Sequence record: NC_070873.1
Strand: one strand, 5' to 3'
DNA from: Escherichia phage St11Ph5
DNA length: 64,000 bases
Under the pieces are notes generated by a model, which did no database searches, was not told the DNA's origin, and saw only the letters and a program-made list of their open reading frames with translations. Position 1 is the stretch's first letter. Every line of letters starts with the position of its first letter. Below are positions 1 to 8,567 of the stretch, in pieces. The translations under genes and the position numbers were made by a program.

Positions 1-83
1 GCTGGGGCTACACCCTTACACTCAACTAGCCCCCCCGGTATGTTGACGGTGTAGCCACTACCCTACCCCACCTTACACGTTAC

Positions 84-103
84 ACATGCTCCGCATGTTA
101 TGG
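84..103 (+). promoter_or_regulatory. Hairpin promoter of N4 vRNAP type (copy 1): stem ACATGC/GCATGT, loop TCC, then TATGG
   Basis: Perfect 6-bp inverted repeat with 3-nt loop; same architecture recurs 4 times upstream of early genes; the template-strand loop would be GGA. Confidence 0.55.
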
Positions 104-140
104 ACATGTCGTCCTATCGTCAACTATTGGAGCTATCATC

Positions 141-464
141 ATGACTACTCAAGCTACTGTACGTATGACCGCAGGAACTTTACTTGGTACTGTTAACTCA
201 GCTGCTACTACTGTTGCAGATACATTCAGTACAGCAACTAAAGCAGTAGGTATGCTTAATTCATATGTAAGTACTATGGCGGAGAAACAAGCCATTCGTA
301 CTAAATTAGAAATGCATACCTTTGTTAATAAACTGGCAGAGGAAACAGCTATGACTGAGACTCTGCGTAAGAAAAGTATCGAGGAATTCTGCAAGGATTC
401 AGAGAACGCTCGAATCTATAACGCAGAATATTCCAAAGTAATTGACATCCTGACTAAAGACTAA
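141..464 (+). CDS. hypothetical early protein (107 aa)
   Basis: ORF follows hairpin promoter, GGAG about 8 nt upstream of ATG, terminator immediately downstream. Confidence 0.6.
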   Translation: MTTQATVRMTAGTLLGTVNSAATTVADTFSTATKAVGMLNSYVSTMAEKQAIRTKLEMHTFVNKLAEETAMTETLRKKSIEEFCKDSENARIYNAEYSKVIDILTKD

Positions 465-471
465 ATCACCT

Positions 472-498
472 AGGAGACTCTTCGGAGTCTCCTGTTTT
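472..498 (+). terminator. intrinsic terminator (AGGAGACTC-TTCG-GAGTCTCCT then GTTTT)
   Basis: 9-bp GC-rich stem, TTCG tetraloop, T-run. Confidence 0.7.
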
Positions 499-554
499 GA
501 ACATTAGATAGATAGTCAAAAGTAGATAACTATCTACTTTAAGGATAGAAAATC

Positions 555-884
555 ATGACTAAATTCCGTTGTATCAAAGGCAATTGTGACATTCCTGTTG
601 GAACAATTATTGAAGGAGAACTTAAGGGTGAATATATAATTCTCACTAAGGATTCTACTATTCTAATGGGAGAAAAGCCTATCTTTGAGAAAGGAGAACC
701 AGTTAAGTTAACTGGTTACGTATGGCAATGGGAAGCCTGTGAAGATAAGGAAGAACTACTGGAACGTTATGAGAAAGCTGTTCGTGCCCATGAAATGCTT
801 GGTGCTCAAGACCCGGAAGATTGGTCTGGAATTGAGGAAGAGTATGAATCTGCTAAGGCAGAATTGCTTAAACGTTTGTCTTAA
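555..884 (+). CDS. hypothetical early protein (109 aa)
   Basis: ORF with AAGGA upstream of ATG. Confidence 0.6.
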   Translation: MTKFRCIKGNCDIPVGTIIEGELKGEYIILTKDSTILMGEKPIFEKGEPVKLTGYVWQWEACEDKEELLERYEKAVRAHEMLGAQDPEDWSGIEEEYESAKAELLKRLS

Positions 885-890
885 AAACCG

Positions 891-909
891 GAAGCTCCGC
901 TTCTATTGG
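891..909 (+). promoter_or_regulatory. Hairpin promoter of N4 vRNAP type (copy 2): GAAGC-TCC-GCTTC then TATTGG
   Basis: Same hairpin, TCC loop and downstream motif as copy 1. Confidence 0.55.
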
Positions 910-937
910 ATACATTTCAACCAATTAAGGAGCATCC

Positions 938-1153
938 ATGAACGTAAAATCTATCCGTATAATTGAGAATTGCTTTAGTGATAAACCAGTAGACCTCAGC
1001 AACTCAAGAAGGTCTACAGATAAAGAATATAAAGAGTTTCTATCCTTACTCGATGAATATCGTATGCAAGGGCATGTTGAATTACATGCCTTTCTGCATA
1101 ACTCAGGCTACTTCATGGACAAACTGGAAGCTAAAACAGGTTGTCCATTCTGA
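938..1153 (+). CDS. hypothetical early protein (71 aa)
   Basis: ORF with AAGGAG upstream of ATG. Confidence 0.6.
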   Translation: MNVKSIRIIENCFSDKPVDLSNSRRSTDKEYKEFLSLLDEYRMQGHVELHAFLHNSGYFMDKLEAKTGCPF

Positions 1154-1159
1154 AAACCA

Positions 1160-1179
1160 AGATGCTCCGCATCTTATGG
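1160..1179 (+). promoter_or_regulatory. Hairpin promoter of N4 vRNAP type (copy 3): AGATGC-TCC-GCATCT then TATGG
   Basis: Same architecture; preceded by AAAACC as in copy 2. Confidence 0.55.
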
Positions 1180-1278
1180 ATGATGTAAATGCATCCACTA
1201 ATCATTGAACTTTTATCCCTTTGTTTGGGTGTTCTCACCGACGAGTTCACCCGTAAATCACATAAATCTGGAGAGTAC

Positions 1279-1662
1279 AAAATGTCTATTCAAAAATTCA
1301 CTTTCGGTCAATCTAACGCTGCTGCTTCTACTGCTAAAGCTGATAAACCAAAAGCTCAGTTCTGGCTGAACATTGGTTATGTAGCCAATGAAGGCTCTGA
1401 TGATGAGAAATTCATCTCACTGCCTACTGGTATTCCACTGGATACTCAGGAACCGCTGCCTACTAATAGCAGCAATGCTGACTTCCGTGCTATGCGTTGT
1501 GCACAAAACGACTTGCTGGAACAGTTAATCCAATATGCTCAGAACCTGGAACCAGGTGAAGAAGGTATCATTAACCTGCAAGTTCAACTTCGTCGTGTGA
1601 AAGCAGAGGCTGCTGACATTCCAGCAGACGAGAATAAATATGCTCGTAAACTGACTTTCTAA
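1279..1662 (+). CDS. hypothetical early protein (127 aa; start moved downstream of the promoter)
   Basis: ATG at 1279 preceded by GGAGAG; the listed ORF start at 1189 would overlap the promoter hairpin. Confidence 0.55.
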   Translation, partial: KMSIQKFTFGQSNAAASTAKADKPKAQFWLNIGYVANEGSDDEKFISLPTGIPLDTQEPLPTNSSNADFRAMRCAQNDLLEQLIQYAQNLEPGEEGIINLQVQLRRVKAEAADIPADENKYARKLTF

Positions 1663-1671
1663 TCAATTACA

Positions 1672-1700
1672 AGACTCCCTTCGGGGAGTCTTTTATTTTT
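1672..1700 (+). terminator. intrinsic terminator (AGACTCCC-TTCG-GGGAGTCT then T-run)
   Basis: 8-bp stem, TTCG loop, TTTTATTTTT. Confidence 0.75.
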
Positions 1701-1874
1701 AACTAGACGATAAGCTATTTCTACTTTTTGAGTATCTTTAGACGAAGGATACTGAAACAGTAACCAGATAGATATAGATTTATATTAGATGAAGGAGTAA
1801 CCATTATGCGTACATTATGTAACCGTTATAACTCACAGAAGATGATTAATATGTTACAACCTTAGGGCAGTAAG

Positions 1875-2102
1875 ATGTCACTGAATGCTCGTTGGCAGGT
1901 ATCCGTAAAAGATGAAAACGGTCACTGCTATGACCACTTCTTTGTAACTAAACCTACTCGTAAACAAATTCGTAAACTTCACAAAGTACGTAAGCATTAC
2001 TTACTTAGTAAATGCTACGAATGTGGCAAAAGGATAGAACTGGGTAAAGAATTTACCTTAGATGACTTAAACTATGCACACGCTGACTGCCTAAAAGGAT
2101 AA
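1875..2102 (+). CDS. small Cys-containing protein, possible zinc ribbon (75 aa)
   Basis: Paired Cys/His motifs (HCYDH ... CYECG ... HADC). Confidence 0.5.
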   Translation: MSLNARWQVSVKDENGHCYDHFFVTKPTRKQIRKLHKVRKHYLLSKCYECGKRIELGKEFTLDDLNYAHADCLKG

Positions 2103-2106
2103 GACT

Positions 2107-2325
2107 ATGTTGGACTTCATTGCGTTTGTAATACTCTGCTATGTGCTATATCGCCTACGTGGTTACATCCTCAATGGAGCCAAGTGGATAATTACTAAGC
2201 TGGTACTTATCTGTAAGTTACCAGTTGTATTAGTTAAGTGTTTGTTTGCTTCCATCATAGCTAAAGAGGTGCGTAAACAACTATGGGCTAAGGAAGCAGA
2301 AGACTATGTTAAGAGGAACCAGTGA
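2107..2325 (+). CDS. small hydrophobic (membrane) protein (72 aa)
   Basis: ORF with hydrophobic N-terminal segment. Confidence 0.45.
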   Translation: MLDFIAFVILCYVLYRLRGYILNGAKWIITKLVLICKLPVVLVKCLFASIIAKEVRKQLWAKEAEDYVKRNQ

Positions 2326-2471
2326 TGAATTATTCAGAATTGTGGCTTAAGTTTTATGAAGATTGGCTTAGTGCTGTATCTGGTAGACGCACCGAAGGTG
2401 ATATGAACCGGGCAAAGGAATTTGCAGATAATTGTATAAAGTCACTGAAGGAATCGGATGATGTTCACTGA
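2325..2471 (+). CDS. small ORF (48 aa), below the ORF-track cutoff
   Basis: ATG overlaps the upstream stop (TGATG); fills an otherwise empty plus-strand gap. Confidence 0.3.
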   Translation: MNYSELWLKFYEDWLSAVSGRRTEGDMNRAKEFADNCIKSLKESDDVH

Positions 2472-2634
2472 CATAGAATCTGCTATTGAAGAAGCTATGT
2501 ATCGTATGACCAGTGGTCCTCAAATAAGACACTATGGTCTGGTACAGAAAGGACACCTCATTGCTGTACGTATTGTACGTAACAGTAACCCTCAACGTTT
2601 TATGTGGACAACTAAATCATGCGTAAGTCATTAA
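2458..2634 (+). CDS. small ORF (58 aa), below the ORF-track cutoff
   Basis: ATG overlapping the previous ORF end; same strand and packing as neighbours. Confidence 0.3.
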   Translation: MMFTDIESAIEEAMYRMTSGPQIRHYGLVQKGHLIAVRIVRNSNPQRFMWTTKSCVSH

Positions 2635-2636
2635 TT

Positions 2637-2750
2637 ATGGGAACCAAAGAAGACGTACAGAAGATGAAAGAACGTCTAGCTGCTAAGAAACAAACGTCTG
2701 AACCTGTACGTCGTATCATAACCTTCAATCATCCAATCTTAGGAAACTAA
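2637..2750 (+). CDS. small ORF (37 aa)
   Basis: ATG 3 nt after previous stop; weak support. Confidence 0.2.
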   Translation: MGTKEDVQKMKERLAAKKQTSEPVRRIITFNHPILGN

Positions 2751-2752
2751 TC

Positions 2753-2965
2753 ATGTACTTTATAATCTTTATAGTATTGCTGTACCTTAACATTTGGCTA
2801 ACTAATGTAGCTGGTAATATTACTAAAACTTTTACTGCTAATAATGATGTCAGAGGTTTTGCAATATTTGGTTATGTTACTGCATTAACCAAGGGATTGA
2901 GCATAGGCTACGGCTTATGGTTCATATACTATTGTGTAGTCAATTTCCCATATTCATTTATATGA
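2753..2965 (+). CDS. small membrane protein (70 aa)
   Basis: Two hydrophobic segments in translation. Confidence 0.45.
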   Translation: MYFIIFIVLLYLNIWLTNVAGNITKTFTANNDVRGFAIFGYVTALTKGLSIGYGLWFIYYCVVNFPYSFI

Positions 2966-3025
2966 ACTGGCCTATATCAATAGCCATGTTTGTACTATTA
3001 ACATACGGTGCATTAGTAGAACTGG

Positions 3026-3056
3026 GAGTCCTCCATTAGGAGGGCTTCTATTTTTT
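3026..3056 (+). terminator. intrinsic terminator (stem around ATTA loop, then CTATTTTTT)
   Basis: 9-bp stem with G-U pairs plus T-run. Confidence 0.6.
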
Positions 3057-3103
3057 ATTCTTGAATAATTAGATATGTATTTAAATAGGAGAAATAACCT
3101 TGA

Positions 3104-3414
3104 ATGAAATTGTTTGTATACTTCCTCATTCAGCTAAGATAGCTGACCGGAATATACGTATCCATTTACCATTCCCATTAAGCAATCCATTCACTCGTAA
3201 TGAAAGAACCACAGTAGAAGATGTAGAGGTAGCTTATGAAGCTTACCTTCGTAATCGTCTTATTAGTGGTGATAAGCTAATTACAGCAGAGATGGAAAGG
3301 ATTGCATCCTTTGTAACGGATAGTACAGGTAAACCTGTTGGCTTAATTGGTACTGAATCTGACGTTAATGTTATTCGTAAAATATTACTGGAGGCACTCG
3401 GTGAACAATCTTAG
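3104..3414 (+). CDS. hypothetical protein (103 aa)
   Basis: ATG at 3104 preceded by AGGAG. Confidence 0.5.
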
Positions 3415-3646
3415 TGATGTCATCATAGATAAAACAATATTAGTGAATCCCAAAGGGTATGCCTGGTTCATGCTAAAGCATACCCGTAAGGTATATGTTA
3501 GAAAAGTATATATACGTAACTTTGGTAAGTTATCTTACAGAGAAGTACGTATTAATAATGAGATGTACTTTCTAGATGAGTCAGTGATTATCAAATCAAC
3601 CGAAGACAGAAAAGCCCCTTACTTTAACTATTACGGATTCAACTAA
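3401..3646 (+). CDS. hypothetical protein (81 aa), GTG start proposed
   Basis: GGAGG 10 nt upstream of in-frame GTG at 3401; the listed ATG at 3347 would overlap the upstream gene by 68 nt. Confidence 0.4.
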   Translation: MNNLSDVIIDKTILVNPKGYAWFMLKHTRKVYVRKVYIRNFGKLSYREVRINNEMYFLDESVIIKSTEDRKAPYFNYYGFN

Positions 3647-3647
3647 A

Positions 3648-3869
3648 ATGATGTACTCAACTGATTATGGTGTTTGCCCTGTATGTAACAAACGTAAAGG
3701 AGTCGCTAATCATAAGAAGTGTAGTCGTATCCTACAGAAACGACGGAACCAGGAAGAATGGGCTAAGGTATTGGAAAATCAGCATAAAGATGAGTTCAAG
3801 CAGATGGCTGTTAAGGCATCTACTCAGCTTATCCGTCGTACTAACTTCATAGAAGGTTATCAGAGATGA
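3648..3869 (+). CDS. small zinc-ribbon-like protein (73 aa)
   Basis: CPVC ... HKKC motif. Confidence 0.5.
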   Translation: MMYSTDYGVCPVCNKRKGVANHKKCSRILQKRRNQEEWAKVLENQHKDEFKQMAVKASTQLIRRTNFIEGYQR

Positions 3870-4222
3870 AACTAATCGTAGCTGGTGGAAGAGACTTCGT
3901 AGATACCAATCGTATGATTGAGGAACTACAGAAGTTAGTAAATTCAGGGAATATACCTGAATGTCCAGAATTAGTATGTGGCATGGTTCGTGGAGCAGAT
4001 ATATTAGCTTTCTATTTATGGAAATCTGCAAATATGCAGATACATGTATTCCGTGCTGAATGGGATGTCTATGGCAAATCTGCTGGATTCCGCAGAAATA
4101 AAGAGATGGGTGAATTCGCAGATGCTGCTGTATGTTTCTGGGATGGTAATTCCAAAGGAACCAAGCACATGATTGATATCATGCAGAGACTTAATAAACC
4201 CGTATACATCGTAAGGTACTAA
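3866..4222 (+). CDS. SLOG-type (DUF2493/YpsA-like) Rossmann-fold protein (118 aa)
   Basis: MKLIVAGGRDF N-terminal strand-Gly motif, GxVRGAD, conserved Phe-Trp-Asp-Gly-x-Ser-x-Gly-Thr near the C-terminus; by-eye resemblance only. Confidence 0.5.
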   Translation: MKLIVAGGRDFVDTNRMIEELQKLVNSGNIPECPELVCGMVRGADILAFYLWKSANMQIHVFRAEWDVYGKSAGFRRNKEMGEFADAAVCFWDGNSKGTKHMIDIMQRLNKPVYIVRY

Positions 4223-4480
4223 ATGATTATTACATATCCTACCTGTAGACCATTCAATTACATGGGGCAAACAATTGCAATACCTTTATGGGTTAAATAT
4301 GTTGCCCTGTTACCACGTACATATACTAGCAATAACTCTTCTCTTATGGGTTTTGCAAGAAAGCCTAAACTAACTGCCGAAGGTACTTGGGTATCTAAAG
4401 GAAGACAGGAAGAGATTGGTATTTGTAATTATGTGCCTGAAGATGACAAAACTTATTTAACAATGGAGAAGGTGAAGTGA
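4223..4480 (+). CDS. hypothetical protein (85 aa)
   Basis: ORF in operon-like string with start/stop overlap. Confidence 0.45.
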   Translation: MIITYPTCRPFNYMGQTIAIPLWVKYVALLPRTYTSNNSSLMGFARKPKLTAEGTWVSKGRQEEIGICNYVPEDDKTYLTMEKVK

Positions 4481-4791
4481 AAACTATTCTAGTAGTACAT
4501 GATTCTACATTTACTGATGTAGATAAGATGATGCGTAATATTGATTATGTATCTCAGACAAGCCAAGCATTCAATGAAGAGTTTACTCTGTACTGTAATG
4601 CCGAATCTCCACTGGTTCCTATTCTTAAGGAGTCAGGTCTACCCTTCTCTACAGAAAACTTTCCGGAAGAACCAGACTATGTAATCTCATTCATCTATGA
4701 CTTACATGATGGTTCTGAAACTAGTGAATTAGCTATGAACCAGTGGCGTAGTAAACGTCCTGTGTTCGCATTTCAGGTACTTAAACCATGA
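4477..4791 (+). CDS. hypothetical protein (104 aa), GTG start overlapping upstream stop
   Basis: GTGA overlap with previous stop; GGAGAAGG upstream. Confidence 0.45.
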   Translation: MKTILVVHDSTFTDVDKMMRNIDYVSQTSQAFNEEFTLYCNAESPLVPILKESGLPFSTENFPEEPDYVISFIYDLHDGSETSELAMNQWRSKRPVFAFQVLKP

Positions 4792-5168
4792 AGATTATGT
4801 CATTAGGCGATGACACCAATGCTTTACTTGGTGTATCTGCATGTCCAATTATTATTGTTAATAAACATCACGGTAAATCCGGTGAGTATATTGGACGTGG
4901 TTCACCATTAGGTAATCCATTCGTTATTGGTAAAGACGGTTCGAGAGAACAGGTTATAGCCAAGTATCGAGTATGGCTTAATGAGCAAATCATGAGAAAT
5001 AATCCAGTTGTATTGGATGAACTTAATCGTCTTGGTAATAAAGCCATTGACGAGAAAGGCTTAGCCTTACAGTGCTTCTGTTATCCGAAACCATGTCATG
5101 GTGAAGTTATTAAAGAGAAACTAGTGAAGGCTATGTATAACTATTTTGTGGAGAATCCTAATGGATAA
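4788..5168 (+). CDS. DUF4326-like protein (126 aa)
   Basis: YIGRGSPLGNPF and CYPKPCHG motifs resemble the DUF4326 signature; by-eye. Confidence 0.45.
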   Translation: MKIMSLGDDTNALLGVSACPIIIVNKHHGKSGEYIGRGSPLGNPFVIGKDGSREQVIAKYRVWLNEQIMRNNPVVLDELNRLGNKAIDEKGLALQCFCYPKPCHGEVIKEKLVKAMYNYFVENPNG

Positions 5169-5346
5169 ACAATGCAAATGTGGTAAAGGCCATGTATCTC
5201 AATGGGATGGTAAATGTGGTCATTGCCGAACCAAGAAGGAACAACGTGACCTTGAGTATGCTCTTACTTATTTAGAAGTAACCCGTCACTACAACAGTAT
5301 GACCACACACGATGCTTATACTTACAACAGAGAGGCATGTAAATGA
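5146..5346 (+). CDS. small Cys-rich protein (66 aa)
   Basis: CKCGKGH ... CGHC motif. Confidence 0.45.
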   Translation: MWRILMDKQCKCGKGHVSQWDGKCGHCRTKKEQRDLEYALTYLEVTRHYNSMTTHDAYTYNREACK

Positions 5347-5693
5347 AAGAAATCTTAGTATTCACTACTAATACACTTGGGCAACATACCAATGCTGCTG
5401 CCAAATTAGCTTATAAGAAGCATGGTGCTCGTTGGGGTATGGCCTATGGTCATTATGGTAATAGCTTTGCCATTCCAATAAAGGATGGTAATGGTAACCG
5501 AATTAAAGAAGGTGCTATCTATGGCTTCATTGAAGGCTTTATTGCCTATGCATCATCTAATCCACAGTGGGACTTTAAAGTCGTGAGTAATGACTATCTG
5601 GACCCATACCAATTCATTAATGTAACGGGCAATGTACTGTTACCAGAAGCATGGCGTAAACACTTAGGTGATGCTTACAACTACTGGAGCTAA
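5343..5693 (+). CDS. hypothetical protein (116 aa)
   Basis: ORF with ATGA overlap to the previous gene; Gly-rich motifs; no family recognised with confidence. Confidence 0.5.
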   Translation: MKEILVFTTNTLGQHTNAAAKLAYKKHGARWGMAYGHYGNSFAIPIKDGNGNRIKEGAIYGFIEGFIAYASSNPQWDFKVVSNDYLDPYQFINVTGNVLLPEAWRKHLGDAYNYWS

Positions 5694-5695
5694 TA

Positions 5696-5956
5696 ATGAC
5701 GTATGAAGAATTATGGTCTGCTCAAGTCAGAGCCAGAGCACTCACACGACATGACATCTATTGTGCATTACAGAACGAATTAAAGAGTCGTACTAAGCTG
5801 GGTCACATATCTGGCTTAGTTAAGATACCTATGACTAGCCTAGTCTGGCCTTACCAGAAGAAAAGTAATGAGTTTAATGGTAATGGTCTGCATGTACGTA
5901 TCGACTACATTGGTAATGAAAATAATATTCGTATTACCTTTTGGACTAAACGCTAG
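5696..5956 (+). CDS. hypothetical protein (86 aa)
   Basis: ORF 2 nt after previous stop. Confidence 0.5.
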   Translation: MTYEELWSAQVRARALTRHDIYCALQNELKSRTKLGHISGLVKIPMTSLVWPYQKKSNEFNGNGLHVRIDYIGNENNIRITFWTKR

Positions 5957-5961
5957 GTAAT

Positions 5962-5981
5962 AGCTGCTCCGCAGCTTTTGG
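5962..5981 (+). promoter_or_regulatory. Hairpin promoter of N4 vRNAP type (copy 4): AGCTGC-TCC-GCAGCT then TTTGG, upstream of the RNAPII genes
   Basis: Same hairpin/loop/downstream motif as copies 1-3. Confidence 0.55.
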
Positions 5982-6009
5982 TTATTAATCATATTTAGGA
6001 GAATAAGCG

Positions 6010-6828
6010 ATGTACTCATCTATTGAACATCAGAAGCGACTTGAAATCCTTTTCAACAAAAATCAATTACTCCCTCGCATGAGGAAGGAATTCGAGGACT
6101 CCGAAGAAATTGACTTTAAAGCTTTTGCTGCCTATTTAGAAATTGATTATAAGCTGCTCATTGATGCAATGGTGCAGATTGCCCTACATAAACGTGCTGA
6201 CATCCAAACTATGATTGGCTCTCTCATGAGTCACTCAGATGATGCTCAGTACATCGCTGACTGTCTGTATAAGATGGCAGAGAATGACTGCTTCAACTAT
6301 GACCCTACCATCGACAAGTTTGGTGTTATTTATGAGATTAGTGAAGATGTACAGATGGAACTGGAAGCATTCCAGTATCCATTACCTATCGTAAGTGCTC
6401 CTAAACCTGTTAAGTGTAACCGTGATACTGGTTACTACGAGAGCAGAGGTAGCATCATCCTCAAGAAGAACCATCATGAGATGGATGTCTGTCTTGACCA
6501 CATCAACCGCATGAATAACCAACGTCTCTGTATTAACTGGGACGTTGCTAACTATGTAAAAGACTCTCGTCCTAACATGGATAAACCTAAAGAAGGTGAA
6601 ACCCGTCAGGACTATGAGAAACGTGTTAAAGCCTTTGAGAAGTACAGTCGTACAGCTAAGGAAGTAATGGAGTTAGTGACCAAAGAAGGTAATAACTTCT
6701 CTTTGGCTCACAAATACGACAAGCGTGGGCGTACCTATGCCTGTGGCTACCACATCAACTATCAGGGAACCAGTTACAACAAAGCTGTACTGGAGTTCGC
6801 TGATAAGGAGTTAGTAAATGAAGACTAA
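6010..6828 (+). CDS. phage RNA polymerase II, N-terminal-type subunit (T7-like RNAP, split; 272 aa)
   Basis: YDKRGRTYACGYHINYQG resembles the T7 RNAP DWRGRVY...NPQG region; followed by the catalytic subunit. Confidence 0.7.
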   Translation: MYSSIEHQKRLEILFNKNQLLPRMRKEFEDSEEIDFKAFAAYLEIDYKLLIDAMVQIALHKRADIQTMIGSLMSHSDDAQYIADCLYKMAENDCFNYDPTIDKFGVIYEISEDVQMELEAFQYPLPIVSAPKPVKCNRDTGYYESRGSIILKKNHHEMDVCLDHINRMNNQRLCINWDVANYVKDSRPNMDKPKEGETRQDYEKRVKAFEKYSRTAKEVMELVTKEGNNFSLAHKYDKRGRTYACGYHINYQGTSYNKAVLEFADKELVNED

Positions 6829-7036
6829 CATTGGCTCCTATGAACTATGGGTTAATGAAGAGTGTGTCTACTCAGGTACATATGTGAAGTGCTTATACTT
6901 TGAGAAGCTTTACAAGCTTCAAAACCCTAAGAGTAAAACCATTATTTATAAACTATCTGCCGACGTAGTAACTGGCTAATCCATCCAATAAGCAGGCTCT
7001 CCATAGTGGGGAGCCAAGAAGCAAAAGGAACATAAA

Positions 7037-8254
7037 ATGCAACTGTTAACCGCTCGTGAATACCTGAAAGTAGATATCGCTAATAACTATGGCTTAGATA
7101 AGAAGACATGGGATGAGCGTATTGCCTGGTTTGATGAGAACGAAGCTAACCTGCTTAATCTGGTAGATGAAGCTGAAGATTCTGCTCTGTTCTTTGCTGG
7201 TGTAAACGCATGGAAAGACATGAAAGCAGGTAAGCCTATTGGTTATGCCGTAGCTCTTGATGCTACATCATCAGGCTTGCAGTTACTGGCTTGCCTGACT
7301 GGTGACCGCTCTGCTGCTGAATTGTGTAACGTAGTTAACTACATGGGTGAGAATGGTAAGCCATTACGTCGTGATGCTTATACAGTTATCTATCACAAGA
7401 TGCTGGACATCCTTGGTGAAGCATCACGTATTAAACGTAGTGATACTAAGCAGGCAGTTATGACTGCATTCTACGGCTCAGAAGCCAAGCCTAAAGAAGT
7501 ATTCGGTGAAGGTATTCGTCTCAAGACTTTTGAGAATGTAATGGAAACTGTTGCTAGTGGTCCTTGGGCACTTAACAAGTTCTTACTGCAATGTGGTAAT
7601 CCAGATGCTAACCGTTATATATGGGTACTCCCTGACAACTTCCATGCTGTCATTAAAGTCATGATTCCTGAAGTACAGACTGTTAACTTCTTAGGTAAGC
7701 CATTCGACATCACTCGTATGGTTCAGGGTACTGAAGAGAAGACACGTATGCTCTCTGCTAACATCACTCACTCTATTGATGGGATGGTGGTACGTGAGAT
7801 GCTGCGTCGTTGTAACTTCGACCGTGACTTAGTGGAAGCTGTGCGAGAACTCTGCGATGAAGGTCCATCAGAATATGGGGAGATTGCAGGTAATCTGGAG
7901 AAGGTACAGGAATTGTGGAGCCACTATGAGAAATCCGGCTTCTTATCCTTATCCATTCTGGATTATCTTGACCCATGTACTATTGCTTATGTAGACCGTC
8001 AGGTAGTAGCAGATATGATTGACACCATGCCTAAGAAGCCATTCCCTGTAATGACTGTACATGACTGCTTCCGTTGCCATCCTAACTACGGTAATGACCT
8101 ACGTCGTCAATACAATCAGATTCTGTCTGACATTGCTAAGAGTGACTTACTGGGCTTCATCCTGTCTCAGGTACTGGGACAAGAGTTCTCTGCTGGTAAG
8201 CTGGATGACAGCCTCTGGCAGGACATTCTTGAAACAGACTATGCATTAAGTTAA
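7037..8254 (+). CDS. phage RNA polymerase II, catalytic subunit (T7-like single-subunit RNAP palm; 405 aa)
   Basis: Motif A DATSSGLQ, motif B RSDTKQAVMTAFYGS, motif C TVHDCF. Confidence 0.85.
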   Translation: MQLLTAREYLKVDIANNYGLDKKTWDERIAWFDENEANLLNLVDEAEDSALFFAGVNAWKDMKAGKPIGYAVALDATSSGLQLLACLTGDRSAAELCNVVNYMGENGKPLRRDAYTVIYHKMLDILGEASRIKRSDTKQAVMTAFYGSEAKPKEVFGEGIRLKTFENVMETVASGPWALNKFLLQCGNPDANRYIWVLPDNFHAVIKVMIPEVQTVNFLGKPFDITRMVQGTEEKTRMLSANITHSIDGMVVREMLRRCNFDRDLVEAVRELCDEGPSEYGEIAGNLEKVQELWSHYEKSGFLSLSILDYLDPCTIAYVDRQVVADMIDTMPKKPFPVMTVHDCFRCHPNYGNDLRRQYNQILSDIAKSDLLGFILSQVLGQEFSAGKLDDSLWQDILETDYALS

Positions 8255-8270
8255 TAAACTAGCCTCATTC

Positions 8271-8306
8271 CTTCGGGAGTGGGGCTTATTTTTTCTTTGG
8301 AGGTAG
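8271..8306 (+). terminator. intrinsic terminator after the RNAPII genes
   Basis: 11-bp stem with TTCG loop followed by TTATTTTTTCTTT. Confidence 0.7.
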
Positions 8307-8311
8307 CAACT

Positions 8312-8494
8312 ATGCTAATCACTTTTGAAGTAATCTTTCAGCTAATACTGATAGTTTTATCTATACTGGTTCTGTCTACAATAGTTCATTCCCACAAGTC
8401 TAAGTTTGCCTACTGCTACTATGGGGCATACTCACTAGGTTGCTTTGTAATGGCAGGATGGATAGCTTTTACTATCTACTGTGTAAACAACTAA
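8312..8494 (+). CDS. small membrane protein (60 aa)
   Basis: ATG at 8312 after GGAGG; the listed start at 8279 lies inside the terminator hairpin. Confidence 0.4.
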   Translation: MLITFEVIFQLILIVLSILVLSTIVHSHKSKFAYCYYGAYSLGCFVMAGWIAFTIYCVNN

Positions 8495-8511
8495 CCCTCT
8501 TAACGGAGGGT
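8485..8511 (+). terminator. intrinsic terminator (AACCCTC ... GAGGGTT then TATTTTTT)
   Basis: 7-bp stem plus T-run. Confidence 0.6.
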
Positions 8512-8567
8512 TTATTTTTTACATGTCATGTATACTAATCCTGCTATTTACTTATGAGGAAATTGAT

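Noticed and set aside
1-83. Window start as a terminal repeat or packaging site
   Set aside because: Only one genome end is in the window, so no repeat can be demonstrated; the region is simply upstream of the first hairpin promoter.
6979-7015. Hairpin GGCTCTCC-ATAGT-GGGGAGCC between the two RNAPII subunit genes as a terminator
   Set aside because: No U-run follows and it sits between two subunits that must be co-expressed; more likely an RNA processing or stability element, if functional at all.
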